A stretch of DNA of 64,000 nt from Candidatus Dormibacteria bacterium (GCA_049521435.1 JBEKOU010000005.1:6012-70011), one strand, 5' to 3'. Shown: positions 19,968-30,108, counted from the stretch's first letter. The notes: generated by a model not told the origin, from the sequence alone. A program made the numbers and translations.

Positions 19968-20023
19968 GCGGCCGGGGGTGACCGCCCGCGCAAGGGTCGC
20001 CGGGGGCCACAATCCCCTCTGCC

Positions 20024-21112
20024 ATGGAAAGCCTGGAGGAGCGGGTCGCCGCCATCACCGAGCACCACCGGGAGTTGGAGGCCGAGCTCTCCGATCCCGA
20101 GATCTACCTTGACCAGCCGCGGGTCCAACGGCTCTCGCAGGAGCGGGCCCGGATCAGCGAGGTGGTCGAGACGGCCCGGCGCTGGCGGGCCGCGGTCGGC
20201 GCCGCGGACGCGGCCGCCGAGGCCCTGCAGGGCGAGCACGATCCCGAGATGATCGCCCTCTTCCAGGACGAGGAGCGCAGCCAGCGCCACATCGCCGAGG
20301 TCGCCGAGGCCGTGCTCGTCCGCCTGCTGGTGCCCCGGGATCCCAACGACGACCGCGACGTCATCGTCGAGATCCGTGCCGGGACCGGTGGAGACGAGGC
20401 GGGGCTCTTCGCGGCCGACCTGCTCCGGATGTACAGCCGCTACGCGGAACGGCGCCGGTGGTCGCTCGAGCTGATCAGCGAGAGCCCCTCGGGGGCGCGC
20501 GGCTTCAAATCGGTGGTGGTCGAGATCCATGGTCACGGCGCCTACTCCCGGCTCAAGTTCGAGTCCGGCGTGCACCGAGTCCAGCGGGTGCCGGAGACCG
20601 AGGCCAAGGGCCGCATCCACACCTCCGCGGCGAGTGTGGTGGTGCTCCCCGAGGCCGACGAAGTTGAGGTCACCATTGACGAGAACGACCTCAAGATTGA
20701 CATCTACATGAGCACCGGTCACGGCGGTCAGAGCGTCAACACCACCTACTCGGCAGTCCGGATCACCCACCTTCCAAGCGGCCTGGTGGTCACCTGCCAG
20801 GACGAGAAGTCGCAGATCAAGAACCGGGCCAAGGCGCTCCGCGAGCTGCGTGCCCGCCTCTACGACATCGCCCAGGCGGAGCGCGATGCTGAGCTGCGCG
20901 GCACGCGTCGCTCGATGGTCGGCACCGGCGACCGCAGCGAGAAGATCCGGACCTACAACTTCCCCGAGTCGCGGGTCACCGACCACCGCATCAACCTCAC
21001 CCTCTTCCAACTGCCCCGGATCATGGAGGGCGACCTGGACATGGTCGTCGAGCCGCTGATGCAGGAGGACGAGGCCCGGCGCCTGCTCGACCCCGACGGG
21101 GTCGCCGGCTGA
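20024..21112 (+). CDS. prfA: Peptide chain release factor 1
   Basis: GGQSVNTT (GGQ motif). [17 protein letters not shown] carries the P-x-T tripeptide of RF1 rather than SPF of RF2. Confidence 0.95.
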   Translation: MESLEERVAAITEHHRELEAELSDPEIYLDQPRVQRLSQERARISEVVETARRWRAAVGAADAAAEALQGEHDPEMIALFQDEERSQRHIAEVAEAVLVRLLVPRDPNDDRDVIVEIRAGTGGDEAGLFAADLLRMYSRYAERRRWSLELISESPSGARGFKSVVVEIHGHGAYSRLKFESGVHRVQRVPETEAKGRIHTSAASVVVLPEADEVEVTIDENDLKIDIYMSTGHGGQSVNTTYSAVRITHLPSGLVVTCQDEKSQIKNRAKALRELRARLYDIAQAERDAELRGTRRSMVGTGDRSEKIRTYNFPESRVTDHRINLTLFQLPRIMEGDLDMVVEPLMQEDEARRLLDPDGVAG

Positions 21113-21163
21113 CCCGGGATGGCGAGACGGGAGTCGCCGTGAGAGCAGACAGGGAGGTGTGAG

Positions 21164-22147
21164 ATGCGCCACCGCCAGCTTGGCCGCACCGGATTCGCGG
21201 TCAGCGAGATCGGCTTCGGAGCCTGGGCGATCGGAGGCGATTGGGGCGACGTGGACGACGCCGCGAGCCTGCGCGCCCTCCATGCCTCCGCCGACGCCGG
21301 GGTCACCTTCTACGACACCGCCGACGTCTACGGCGACGGCCGGAGCGAGCGGCTGATCGGCCGCTTCCTCCGCGAGCGCTCCGGCGAGCGCCTGATCGTC
21401 GCCACCAAGATCGGCCGGCGCGCCCCCCTCGACATGGGCGAATACACGCGCGCGCACTTCCGCGAGTGGGCGGAGCGATGCCGCGAGAACCTGGGTGTCC
21501 CCACCCTGGACCTGGTCCAGCTTCACTGCCTGCCCACCGACAGCTACTACCGTCCGGCCCTCTTCGAGTACCTGGACGAGCTGCGCGCCGACGGGGTACT
21601 GGCTCACTACGGGGTCAGCGTGGAGCGGGTCGAGGAGGCGCTCAAGGCGATCGAGTACCCAGGTGTCGCGACCGTCCAGATCATCTACAACATCTTTCGC
21701 CAGCGCCCCGCGGAGCTCTTCTTCCCGCGGGCGCGCGCCCGGCAGGTCGGGGTCATCGCCCGGGTTCCCCTGGCGTCGGGTCTCCTGACCGGGAAGCTGC
21801 GCCCGGAGACGGCCTTCGAGAGCTCCGACCATCGCAGCTACAACCGCCAGGGAGAGGCCTTCGACGCCGGGGAGACCTTCGCCGGGGTCGACTACGAGAC
21901 CGGGCTCGCCGCCGTGGAGCGGCTCCGGGGCCTCCTGCCCGGCGGCGCTCCGATGAGCGCCTGGGCTCTCCGCTGGATCCTCATGGAAGCGGCTGTCAGC
22001 ACCGTCATCCCCGGGGCCAAGACCGACCAGCAGGCCGTGGCCAACGCCCGCGCCTCCGACCTGGCAGCCCTCGAGCCGGAGGTCATGGCGGCGGTCGCCG
22101 ACCTCTACCGGACCGAGATCGCCCCCCGCGTGCATCAGCGCTGGTAG
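21164..22147 (+). CDS. Aldo/keto reductase family oxidoreductase
   Basis: MRHRQLGRTGFAVSEIGFGAWAIGG, DTADVYGDGRSE, SD GGGAGG upstream. Confidence 0.9.
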   Translation: MRHRQLGRTGFAVSEIGFGAWAIGGDWGDVDDAASLRALHASADAGVTFYDTADVYGDGRSERLIGRFLRERSGERLIVATKIGRRAPLDMGEYTRAHFREWAERCRENLGVPTLDLVQLHCLPTDSYYRPALFEYLDELRADGVLAHYGVSVERVEEALKAIEYPGVATVQIIYNIFRQRPAELFFPRARARQVGVIARVPLASGLLTGKLRPETAFESSDHRSYNRQGEAFDAGETFAGVDYETGLAAVERLRGLLPGGAPMSAWALRWILMEAAVSTVIPGAKTDQQAVANARASDLAALEPEVMAAVADLYRTEIAPRVHQRW

Positions 22148-22357
22148 GTGAGGGCCGGCGCGCACCGGGGGCGGGGTGGGGGCACGGCCCATCAGCGCCG
22201 GTGGGAAGCGCCCGGAGGGCGGGCCGCCGATGCCACCGCCTGAGCGACAGGGGCCCCTCGATGTTGGTGTGGCGATGACCGCCGGCCCTGGTCCGCGCCC
22301 ACGGGCCCGCCTCACACTCGTGTCGATCGGCAGGGGTTGCGATCGAGGAGGGACGTC

Positions 22358-22744
22358 ATGTCGACGGTGCGGGTGTCCTGGAGGGACGGCGCGGCGGCGC
22401 TCATCGTCGCCGCCCTGTGGGTGGTCTACGCGGAGCTGCTGGCCCGCGGCAGCGTCGGATTCATCATCGACCCGCGGGCGATGGGCTCGGTCGGCCTGAT
22501 CAGCGCCGCCGTGCTCTGCCCTCTCGGCAACGGCGCCGCGGCCTCCGGGCTCTGGTCGTGGGGGATGAGCGCGCTGGGCGTGGTCACGGGGGCGCTCGGC
22601 ATCGTCACCGTGGTGACCGTGGGCTGGGCGGCGCTGGCGGGTTTCATGATCGCCATCGCGGCGATGTGGGCGCTGACGACGCTCGACCACCTGCTGGGCA
22701 CCGCCCGTCGCTCGCCGTCAACGGCGGGAGCCGCGGCACACTGA
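22358..22744 (+). CDS. Hypothetical membrane protein (128 aa, ~4 TM helices)
   Basis: ATG 22358 is preceded by GAGGAGG. Hydrophobic throughout. No family recognised. Confidence 0.5.
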   Translation: MSTVRVSWRDGAAALIVAALWVVYAELLARGSVGFIIDPRAMGSVGLISAAVLCPLGNGAAASGLWSWGMSALGVVTGALGIVTVVTVGWAALAGFMIAIAAMWALTTLDHLLGTARRSPSTAGAAAH

Positions 22745-22815
22745 CCACGTCTCCTCTGCCCTTCCCGTCGGACGAGGGTCAGAGGGAGTTGCGTCCGGCG
22801 GGTCTATAGCCTAGG

Positions 22816-22832
22816 ATTGCGTAGTATGCAAT
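22816..22832. promoter_or_regulatory. Inverted repeat ATTGC-N7-GCAAT overlapping the padR start codon (candidate autoregulatory operator)
   Basis: Perfect 5-bp arms, read directly. It lies in an AT-rich patch that also holds TANNNT hexamers TAGCCT/TAGGAT at 22806-22817. Confidence 0.35.
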
Positions 22833-23140
22833 CCGAGGTATTGAAGGGCCATCTGGAGATGCTCCTGCTGGCCACCGTGGCCGCGGAGCCGGCTCACGGC
22901 TACCGGCTGGTCGAGCGCCTTCGCGAACGCAGCCAGGGCGAGTTCGATCTCGCCGAGGGCACCGTCTACCCCGCGCTGCACCGTCTCGAGGCGGGCGGCC
23001 TGCTGAGCAGCCAGTGGTCACGCGAGGCTCCGCGACGCCGGCGTGTGTACCAGCTCACCGACGGCGGCCGGGCCGCCCTCGCCGCCGAGCGCCGGGAGTG
23101 GCGCGGGTTCGCCCGCGCTGTCGAGGCGGTGCTATCGTGA
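22826..23140 (+). CDS. PadR family transcriptional regulator
   Basis: LKGHLEMLLLATVAAEPAHGYRLVERL...EGTVYPALHRLEAGGLL winged-helix signature. Confidence 0.85.
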   Translation: MQSEVLKGHLEMLLLATVAAEPAHGYRLVERLRERSQGEFDLAEGTVYPALHRLEAGGLLSSQWSREAPRRRRVYQLTDGGRAALAAERREWRGFARAVEAVLS

Positions 23141-24057
23141 TCGAGGAGTACCTCGCCGAGATGAGCACCCAGCTGGCCAGGCTCGGTGTGCGCGGCGCGC
23201 GCCGGCGGCGCATCCTCGCCGAGACCGAGGACCACCTGCGCTCCGACGCCGAGGCCACCGCGCGCTTCGGCGATCCCGCCGAGATCGCCCGGGCCTTCGC
23301 CAACGATCTCGGGACGCGCGGGGCGCTGCGCGCCCCGCTCTGGGCCTTCGCGGCGCTCGCCGTCGCGGGGATCTTCTACGGCGCCATGTTCGTGGCGTGG
23401 TCCGGATTCAGCGCGGCCACCAGCGGCGGGGTCGCCCGGAGCGCCGCCGGGGCGTTCCAGACGGTCGCGGCCGGCAGGGCGCCGTGGCTCGGGCTCGTCG
23501 CCGCGGGTCTGCTGGTGCTGGCCCCCCAGCTAGCCTTCGTCACCGGCGCCCTGGCGCTGGTGCGGGCGCTGCGGTTGCGGGGGCGGCGGTCCGTTCCGGC
23601 AGCCGAGGTGCGCGCGCTGCGCCGCCGCACCACGACGGCGGTGGGATTCGGGCTGGCCAGCATGGGAGCCGTCGCGCTCTTTGCCCAGCAGTTGGGGGCG
23701 CAGCTGCCCTCGTGGTCGGCGGGCGTGCTCGGCTGGGGTGTGGCCGGCGCCACAGCCTCGGGAGTGCTGCTGATCGCGTGCGGTGCGGCCGGGCTTCGGA
23801 CTGCCACCGTCCGCGTTGCGACCGCCGGCGCGGCCGGTGACATCTTCGACGACCTCGGGCCGGTCGTTCCCGCAGCGCTGCGCGGCCGTCCGTGGGCCTT
23901 CGCCGCCACCGTCTCCTGCGCTGCCGGCCTGCTGGTGTGGGCCGCCGGCATCGCCGCGTCCGACGCGTACGACGGTGCTGTGCGCGGGATCGTCGAAGCT
24001 GCAGCCTGCTTTGCCGGCTTCGCGATTCTCGGCCGCTTCCTCGCGCTCCGCTCCTAG
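23137..24057 (+). CDS. PadR-associated membrane protein (DUF1700/HAAS-like N-terminal helix plus ~6 TM helices)
   Basis: The GTG start overlaps the padR stop (GTGA). The N-terminus IEEYLAEMSTQLARLGVRGARRRRILAETEDHL is typical of HAAS sensor partners of PadR. Confidence 0.65.
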   Translation: MIEEYLAEMSTQLARLGVRGARRRRILAETEDHLRSDAEATARFGDPAEIARAFANDLGTRGALRAPLWAFAALAVAGIFYGAMFVAWSGFSAATSGGVARSAAGAFQTVAAGRAPWLGLVAAGLLVLAPQLAFVTGALALVRALRLRGRRSVPAAEVRALRRRTTTAVGFGLASMGAVALFAQQLGAQLPSWSAGVLGWGVAGATASGVLLIACGAAGLRTATVRVATAGAAGDIFDDLGPVVPAALRGRPWAFAATVSCAAGLLVWAAGIAASDAYDGAVRGIVEAAACFAGFAILGRFLALRS

Positions 24058-24090
24058 GCCTCGTCCCGAGCGCTCACGCGGTCGCGCCCT

Positions 24091-25491
24091 CTACCGGGCG
24101 GTGTCGGCGAGCGAGCCCCTCGGCCGTCGCCGCTCCACCACCGGCAGCACCAGGAACAGGCCGGCCACGAAGTAGACGACAAACATCCCGAACACCACCG
24201 GGTAGCCGCCCAGCTCGCCGAGAATGTGGCCGCCGGCGTTGAAATGGTCGAGGATCGGTCCGGCGATGAAGCGGGCGATGATCCCGGCTCCCGCCGTCGC
24301 GATGTTGGAGAAGCCGAGGAAGCGGCCAAACTCCGCGGGCGGGATCAGGTCGATCATGAAAGCCCAGTCGACCGTGAGGAAGCAGCCGACCCCGACCCCG
24401 ATCGGCACGCCGAACCAGAGCACCTGGGCCAGTCCGCGCGGAATGCCGAGCAGCGAGGCGACCGGAGCGGTCATCGCGCCGGGCAGGATCGGGTAGTGGG
24501 CAAAGACCAGGCCGAGGGCCCCGATGGCACCGAGGAGGGCGCACACGACGACCATCGGTTTGCGGCCCCAGCGGTCGGAGATGCGCCCCGCCGGGTAGCA
24601 GACCGCGATCGCGAGCAGCGCGATGATGGCGAGCAGGTAGGTGGTGGCACCGTTGGCGTGATTGGTGAGCGCCGTCCCGCTGCCCGGGTAGAAGACGTCT
24701 TTGAAGAAGAATTGGGCGTAGGTCTCCAGGCCGACGACACCCATGAGGATGAGCAGCCGTGAACCCATCAGCCAGAGGAAGCTCCCGTACTTTCGGGGGC
24801 TGATCCGGAAGGTGCCGACGGTGATCGCGCCGAGACCCTTGATGAGGCCCGCGTCCGGCTTGCCTCGGTCCGGCACCAGGGTGACGGTGAGCGCCATGCT
24901 CACCACCAGCATCGCCGCCATGGCGTAGAGGGCCAGGTCATACCGGCCATGGCTCGTGAAGATGCCGGTGACGACGAAGCCGATCAGCGTCCCGATCAGG
25001 TTGCCCATGCCGTAGAAGGCGCCGAATCTGCCGAAGTCCTTCTCGGGGATGGCCTCGGGGCCCAAACCCTGGTAGGGCGCCTGCGCGGTGTTGGAGGCGA
25101 CCTGCAGCAGGAAGTAGACGAGCAGCAGCCAGAAGTAGGCGCCGACGAAGGCCATGATCACCAGGAAGAGCGACGAGCCCAGCGCGCCGCCGGTGATGTA
25201 GGGGCGCCGGCGCCCCCAGCGCAGCCGGGTCCGGTCGGAGACGGCGCCGACAACCGGCTGCCAGACCACCGCGACCAGGGTGCCGAAGCCCTCCAGCACC
25301 GAGAGGGCCGTCCCCTGGTGGGCCTGGCCCACCATCTTGGTGATGATCGGGGGCAGCACCTGGGCTCCGAGCGCGTTCCAGAGCCAGCCGATCGCCACCC
25401 AATAGATGCTGAGCAGGGTGAGCCGGCGGAACCCGACGCTGGTCCACGCCGCTCGCGTGCGAGCCGGGGCCATGGCGTCGGCGCTCACCAT
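24091..25491 (-). CDS. MFS/GPH-type transporter
   Basis: 12-TM profile. GAVSDRTRLRWGRRRPYI loop motif typical of GPH/MFS_2 transporters. Confidence 0.8.
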   Translation of the reverse strand: MVSADAMAPARTRAAWTSVGFRRLTLLSIYWVAIGWLWNALGAQVLPPIITKMVGQAHQGTALSVLEGFGTLVAVVWQPVVGAVSDRTRLRWGRRRPYITGGALGSSLFLVIMAFVGAYFWLLLVYFLLQVASNTAQAPYQGLGPEAIPEKDFGRFGAFYGMGNLIGTLIGFVVTGIFTSHGRYDLALYAMAAMLVVSMALTVTLVPDRGKPDAGLIKGLGAITVGTFRISPRKYGSFLWLMGSRLLILMGVVGLETYAQFFFKDVFYPGSGTALTNHANGATTYLLAIIALLAIAVCYPAGRISDRWGRKPMVVVCALLGAIGALGLVFAHYPILPGAMTAPVASLLGIPRGLAQVLWFGVPIGVGVGCFLTVDWAFMIDLIPPAEFGRFLGFSNIATAGAGIIARFIAGPILDHFNAGGHILGELGGYPVVFGMFVVYFVAGLFLVLPVVERRRPRGSLADTAR

Positions 25492-25656
25492 GGCGCGACT
25501 CTACCGGGCGGGTACGGAGGCCGGGGAGGGGGAAAACCCCCAAGTGCCGCACGCCCGGCTGCGATCTCCCGGTGGGCTCCGCCGGCTCCGACCACCTGCC
25601 TGCCCGCAACGGCGGAGACATGCCCACGCGCCCCGCGACCCCGATACAGTCCGGGG

Positions 25657-26544
25657 ATGGCCTCGACCAGCCCGGGCGGTCCGGAAGGCGCTCGCACCGT
25701 CCTCGACGTGGTGCGTCTCTCCACCACCTACCTCTCCGAGCACGGCAGTGACTCGGCGCGACTCGACTCCGAGCTCCTGATGGCCCACGCCCTGGAGATC
25801 GAGCGTCTCGGCGTCTACCTCCAGTACGACCGCCCCCTCGCGGACGACGAGCTGGACACGGTCCGTACCCTGCTCCGGCGGCGGGGGAGGGGCGAGCCGA
25901 TCGCCCACCTGACCGGGCGGCGCGAGTTCTACGGCCGGAGCTTCCGGGTGAGTCCGGCGGTGCTCATCCCCCGGCCCGAGACCGAGACCCTGGTGGAGCG
26001 CGCTCTCAAGGTGGCGCGGGAGCAGGGGGGAGAGCTGCGCATCGCCGACCTCGGCACCGGCAGTGGCTGCCTCGCCTGCACCCTCGCCGCGGAGCTTCCC
26101 GGCGCCACGGTGATCGCCTCCGACCTGAGTGCCGCGGCGCTGACGGTGGCCGCGGAGAACGCGGAGGCACTGGGCGTCGCCGGTCGGGTCCTCTTCGTCG
26201 AGGGCGGCTGGACGGAGGGGCTGGTGGCCGATCTCGACCTGGTCGTCAGCAACCCTCCGTACGTCACCTCGGCGGAGATAGAGGAGCTGCCCCGTGATGT
26301 GACCTTTGAGCCGCGGCTGGCACTGGACGGCGGGCCAGACGGCCTGGACGCGTACCGGGACCTGCTTCCCGCGGTCGCTCTGCGCGCTCCCCGGGTGTCC
26401 TGGGTGGGACTGGAGGTGGACAGCCGCCGTGCGGACGCCGTCGCCGAGATCTCCCGCCGGGTCTGGCCCGAGGCGGCGATCGTCATCGTCGACGACCTCA
26501 CCCGCCGCCCCCGGGTCGTCGAGATCCGCAGCGAGATTCGGTGA
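25657..26544 (+). CDS. prmC: Release factor glutamine N5-methyltransferase
   Basis: GEPIAHLTGRREFYG, DLGTGSGC SAM-binding motif, VVSNPPYV (NPPY). Confidence 0.9.
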   Translation: MASTSPGGPEGARTVLDVVRLSTTYLSEHGSDSARLDSELLMAHALEIERLGVYLQYDRPLADDELDTVRTLLRRRGRGEPIAHLTGRREFYGRSFRVSPAVLIPRPETETLVERALKVAREQGGELRIADLGTGSGCLACTLAAELPGATVIASDLSAAALTVAAENAEALGVAGRVLFVEGGWTEGLVADLDLVVSNPPYVTSAEIEELPRDVTFEPRLALDGGPDGLDAYRDLLPAVALRAPRVSWVGLEVDSRRADAVAEISRRVWPEAAIVIVDDLTRRPRVVEIRSEIR

Positions 26545-27119
26545 TCACCGTCCTGGCTGCGGTCGCGGCGATCCGTTCGGGGGAGGTCGTGGTCATCCCC
26601 ACCGACACCGTGTACGGCCTGGCCGGTGATCCAGCCAACCCCGAGGCTGTCGAGCGCATCTACGCCATCAAGGGGCGGCCGCCCCACCTCGAATTGAACC
26701 TGCTGGCCTCCGACATCTCCCAGCTCGACGGCCTGGTGGAGATGGACGGCGCGGCGCGCTCGCTGGCGGCCGCCTTCTGGCCCGGGCCGCTCTCGCTGGT
26801 CTGCCCGGTGGGCACCCGGCACCTCGCCATCCCCCGCTCCGGCACGACCCTGATGGTGCGGGTCCCCGACCACCCCCTGCTCTGGAGCCTTCTCGAGGAG
26901 ACTGGGCCGGTCGCCTCGACCAGCGCCAACCGGCACGGCCTGCCCCCCGCCACCACCGCGGCAGCGGCCGAGGCGGAGCTGGGCGGCGGCGTGGCCGGTG
27001 CGCTCGATGGCGGTCCCAGCACCGGGATGGCCTCGACTATCATCGACCTGTCGTCGAGGCCTCCACGCGTGTTGCGGGAGGGGCCGATCCCGCCGATCGC
27101 TCTTCGCCCGTACGTCTGA
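26541..27119 (+). CDS. tsaC: L-threonylcarbamoyladenylate synthase (YrdC/Sua5 domain only)
   Basis: VVIPTDTVYGLAGDP, IYAIKGRP, STSANRHG. The GTG start overlaps the prmC stop. Confidence 0.85.
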   Translation: MITVLAAVAAIRSGEVVVIPTDTVYGLAGDPANPEAVERIYAIKGRPPHLELNLLASDISQLDGLVEMDGAARSLAAAFWPGPLSLVCPVGTRHLAIPRSGTTLMVRVPDHPLLWSLLEETGPVASTSANRHGLPPATTAAAAEAELGGGVAGALDGGPSTGMASTIIDLSSRPPRVLREGPIPPIALRPYV

Positions 27120-27167
27120 AGGCTCAACCCCCCCAGAAGGCTGAACCCCCGCGCGCAGGAGGGAGGC

Positions 27168-28496
27168 ATGGACGTGACCCAGAACATCGCCGATGAGCCG
27201 GCCGGTCTCGTCGCCCTCCCCCGGGGGACGGCCCGCGGCTCCTTCGCCGACAAGCCGCGGCTTCGCGCCACCGACCCGCTGGTGGCCGGTCTCCTCGACG
27301 ACGAGCTCCGCCGCCAGGAGCAGACGCTCGAGCTGATCCCCTCCGAGAACCTCGCCTCGACCGCGGTCCTGGAGGCGCTCGGTTCCTGGCTCAACAACAA
27401 GTACGCGGAGGGGACCCCGGGCAAGCGCTACTACGGTGGCTGCCAGGTGGTCGACCAGGTCGAGAACCTCTGCCGCGAACGGGCAAAGCAGCTCTTCGGC
27501 GCCGAGCACGCCAACGTCCAGCCGCATTCGGGCTCGCAGGCGAACATGGCGGTCTACGCGTCCTTCCTCCAGCCGGGGGACACCGTCCTCGGCATGGCCC
27601 TTGACCAGGGAGGCCACCTCACCCATGGCTCCCCGGTCAATTTCAGCGGCCGCCTCTACCACTTCGAGCCGTACTTCGTCTCCGAGAAGACCGGCCGCCT
27701 CGACATGGACGAGGTCCGCCGGCGGGCCGAGGAGGTGCGGCCCAAGCTGATCGTCGCCGGCTACAGCTCCTACCCGCGCTTCCTCGACTTCGCCGCCTTC
27801 CGGGAGATCGCCGACCAGGTGGGCGCACGGCTGATGGTCGACATGGCCCACTTCGCCGGACTGGTGGCGGGAGGCGTCCATCCCTCGCCGGTGCCCTACT
27901 GCGACTACGTGACCTTCACCACCCACAAGACGCTCCGCGGGCCCTGGGGCGGGCTGATCCTGAGCCGGGCCGAGTACGCGGACGCCATCGACAAGGCCGT
28001 CTGTCCGGGCACCCAGGGAGGCCCGCTGCTCCACGCCATCGCCGCCAAGGCGGTGATGTTCCACCAGTGCGCCCAGCCCGAATTCCGGGTCTATGCCGCC
28101 CAGGTGGTGGCCAACGCCGCCGCTCTGGCGAAGGGGCTCATGGAGAGGGGCTGCGTGCTCACCACCGGCGGCACCGACAACCACCTGATGGTCATCGACC
28201 TGCGGCCCTTCGGGGTCCGGGGAAGGGCGGTGCAGTCCGCCTTCGACGAGGTCGGGATCACCCTCAACGCCAACGGTTTCCCCGGCCACGGCGGGACGGC
28301 GTACAACCCCAACGGTGTCCGGCTCGGAACGCCCGCGGTGACCAGCCGGGGGATGCGCGAGGCGGAGATGGACGAGATCGCCGGGCTGATCCACCTCATG
28401 CTCAGCCAGTTCGAGGACACAGGGGTGCGGGCCGAGGTCCGCCGCCGGAGCCTGGAGCTCTGCGGCCGCTTCCCGCTCCCGTATCGCCTGCCGTGA
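27168..28496 (+). CDS. glyA: Serine hydroxymethyltransferase
   Basis: LELIPSENLAS, KYAEGTPGKRYYGGC, TTHKTLRGP (PLP lysine). SD GGAGGGAGG upstream. Confidence 0.95.
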   Translation: MDVTQNIADEPAGLVALPRGTARGSFADKPRLRATDPLVAGLLDDELRRQEQTLELIPSENLASTAVLEALGSWLNNKYAEGTPGKRYYGGCQVVDQVENLCRERAKQLFGAEHANVQPHSGSQANMAVYASFLQPGDTVLGMALDQGGHLTHGSPVNFSGRLYHFEPYFVSEKTGRLDMDEVRRRAEEVRPKLIVAGYSSYPRFLDFAAFREIADQVGARLMVDMAHFAGLVAGGVHPSPVPYCDYVTFTTHKTLRGPWGGLILSRAEYADAIDKAVCPGTQGGPLLHAIAAKAVMFHQCAQPEFRVYAAQVVANAAALAKGLMERGCVLTTGGTDNHLMVIDLRPFGVRGRAVQSAFDEVGITLNANGFPGHGGTAYNPNGVRLGTPAVTSRGMREAEMDEIAGLIHLMLSQFEDTGVRAEVRRRSLELCGRFPLPYRLP

Positions 28497-29644
28497 TCGG
28501 CGAGTCAGCCTGGCTCAGCGCGCTCCCGCCCTTCCTGCTCGCCGCGGCCGTCTGCCTGGTCGCGGTCCCCCTCTCCATGTGGCTGGCTCCTCGGATCGGA
28601 GCCGTGGCCCAGCCCGACGACGAGCGCCACCTGCATGCCGCCCCCACCCCTCGGCTGGGCGGGCTGGCGATGCTCCTCGGCTACGTCGTGGCGGTGGTCG
28701 TCTTCGGTGGCCAGATCCAGTCCCGCTGGCCCATCCTCGCCGTCGCCGGGGTGGTCACCCTGGTGATGGCGGTCGACGACATCGTCGACCTCATCTGGTG
28801 GCAGAAGCTCATCGTGGTGGTGGGCGCCGGGGTCGCCTTCTACGTCCTCGGGATCAGCATCACCTCCGTCGACCTGCCCGGAGGCCACCTTGTCCAGCTC
28901 GGCCTCCTCGCCCTGCCCGTGACCGTCCTCTGGGTGTCGGGGATGCAGGTGTCGGTCAACTTCATGGACGGCGCCGACGGTGTCGCCGCCGGGGTGGTCG
29001 CGATCGTGGCCCTGGTGGCGATGCTGGCCGCGATCAACCGGATCGTCGTCCCGGGCGACCTCCAGTCGGGAGTGGTCGTCCTGAGCGCGGCGCTGATGGG
29101 GGTGTGTCTGGGCTTCCTCGTCTTCAACCTCCCCCCGGCGAGGACCTTCATGGGTGACACCGGCAGCCACTTCCTGGGGGTGGTCCTCGCCGCCATCACC
29201 ATCGTGGGGATCGCCAAGGTCTCGGTCGGCCTCTCGATCCTGGTCCCACTGATCGCCCTCGGCCTGCCCATCAGTGACACCGCCTGGGCGATCGTGCGAC
29301 GGGGTCGAGCCGGCGTCAGCCCGACCACACCCGACGCCCGTCACCTCCACCACCGGCTCCAGGCCCGCGGCATGACCCCGATGGAGACGGCCCTCACCTT
29401 CTACTTCACGACGGGAGTGCTCGGCTGCATCGGGCTCGCCCTCTTCGGCCACCGCAAGATCCTGGACGTCGGCTTCGTCCTCTGTGCCCTGGGGGTGGCC
29501 GTCGTCTTCTGGCGCAACCACCGCCGTCTCCAGCGTCTGCGGCGGGAGGCGCCGGTGCAGCCGGCCGTGCCGGATGAGGGCGTGAAGGTCGCGGCCCGCG
29601 CGGCTCTGCTGGACAGCCTCCGCCACCCGGGCGACCTCAAGTGA
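28493..29644 (+). CDS. wecA: Glycosyltransferase family 4 polyprenyl-phosphate GlcNAc-1-phosphate transferase (WecA/Rfe/TagO-like)
   Basis: The GTG start overlaps the glyA stop (GTGA). MraY/WecA blocks VDDIVDL, NFMDGADG, FMGDTGS. Position matches actinobacterial rfe upstream of atp. Confidence 0.85.
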   Translation: MIGESAWLSALPPFLLAAAVCLVAVPLSMWLAPRIGAVAQPDDERHLHAAPTPRLGGLAMLLGYVVAVVVFGGQIQSRWPILAVAGVVTLVMAVDDIVDLIWWQKLIVVVGAGVAFYVLGISITSVDLPGGHLVQLGLLALPVTVLWVSGMQVSVNFMDGADGVAAGVVAIVALVAMLAAINRIVVPGDLQSGVVVLSAALMGVCLGFLVFNLPPARTFMGDTGSHFLGVVLAAITIVGIAKVSVGLSILVPLIALGLPISDTAWAIVRRGRAGVSPTTPDARHLHHRLQARGMTPMETALTFYFTTGVLGCIGLALFGHRKILDVGFVLCALGVAVVFWRNHRRLQRLRREAPVQPAVPDEGVKVAARAALLDSLRHPGDLK

Positions 29645-29702
29645 GCTGCCGCCGGCCGGTCCCGGGGGCTGCAGCGGTGACCCCTGTTGCGTTTGATGAC
29701 AT

Positions 29703-29724
29703 CCGGCTCTGGCTGGAGAGCCGG
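29703..29724 (+). terminator. Hairpin CCGGCTCT-GGCTGG-AGAGCCGG downstream of wecA (terminator-like, no U-tract)
   Basis: Perfect 8-bp stem, read directly. Confidence 0.35.
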
Positions 29725-29790
29725 ACCGGCCTGTAGGCTGGCCTCATGGGACGGGTCGACGGGGGTGCGGGGCGGCGCGGAGTACCCCTG

Positions 29791-29799
29791 TGCTAAGTT
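29791..29799 (+). promoter_or_regulatory. Extended -10-like element TGcTAAGTT, 6 nt upstream of GTG 29806 (head of the atp operon)
   Basis: TGnTANNNT match. No SD before 29806. Confidence 0.4.
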
Positions 29800-29805
29800 G
29801 CCGCC

Positions 29806-30108
29806 GTGCTCGCCAGGCCCAGCGAGGCCGGGCTGGAATTCGGCCTCGCCGTGACGCCCTCAGGGTGCCTTCCACAAGGCGCTTGCCTGCCTGCCGCCAT
29901 GCCGTCTGACCGTGCCCGCGGCCTCTCCGGGACTGAGCTCATCGGTCTCGGCGTCTTCCTGGCCGCCGCCTTTGTGGTCCCCTTGATCGCGGGCCTGGTG
30001 ATCGACCAGCTGGCCCACACGACTCCCGCCGGCCTCCTGGTCGGCCTGGTGGTCGGCATCGCCGCCGCCGGGTTTGGGCTGCGGGCCCAGATGCGGAGGT
30101 ACCTCTGA
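29806..30108 (+). CDS. AtpZ-like small membrane protein (ATPase_gene1 family)
   Basis: Two TM helices (LIGLGVFLAAAFVVPLIAGLVI, LLVGLVVGIAAAGFGL) directly upstream of atpI. The start could be internal (Met at ~29899). Confidence 0.55.
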   Translation: MLARPSEAGLEFGLAVTPSGCLPQGACLPAAMPSDRARGLSGTELIGLGVFLAAAFVVPLIAGLVIDQLAHTTPAGLLVGLVVGIAAAGFGLRAQMRRYL

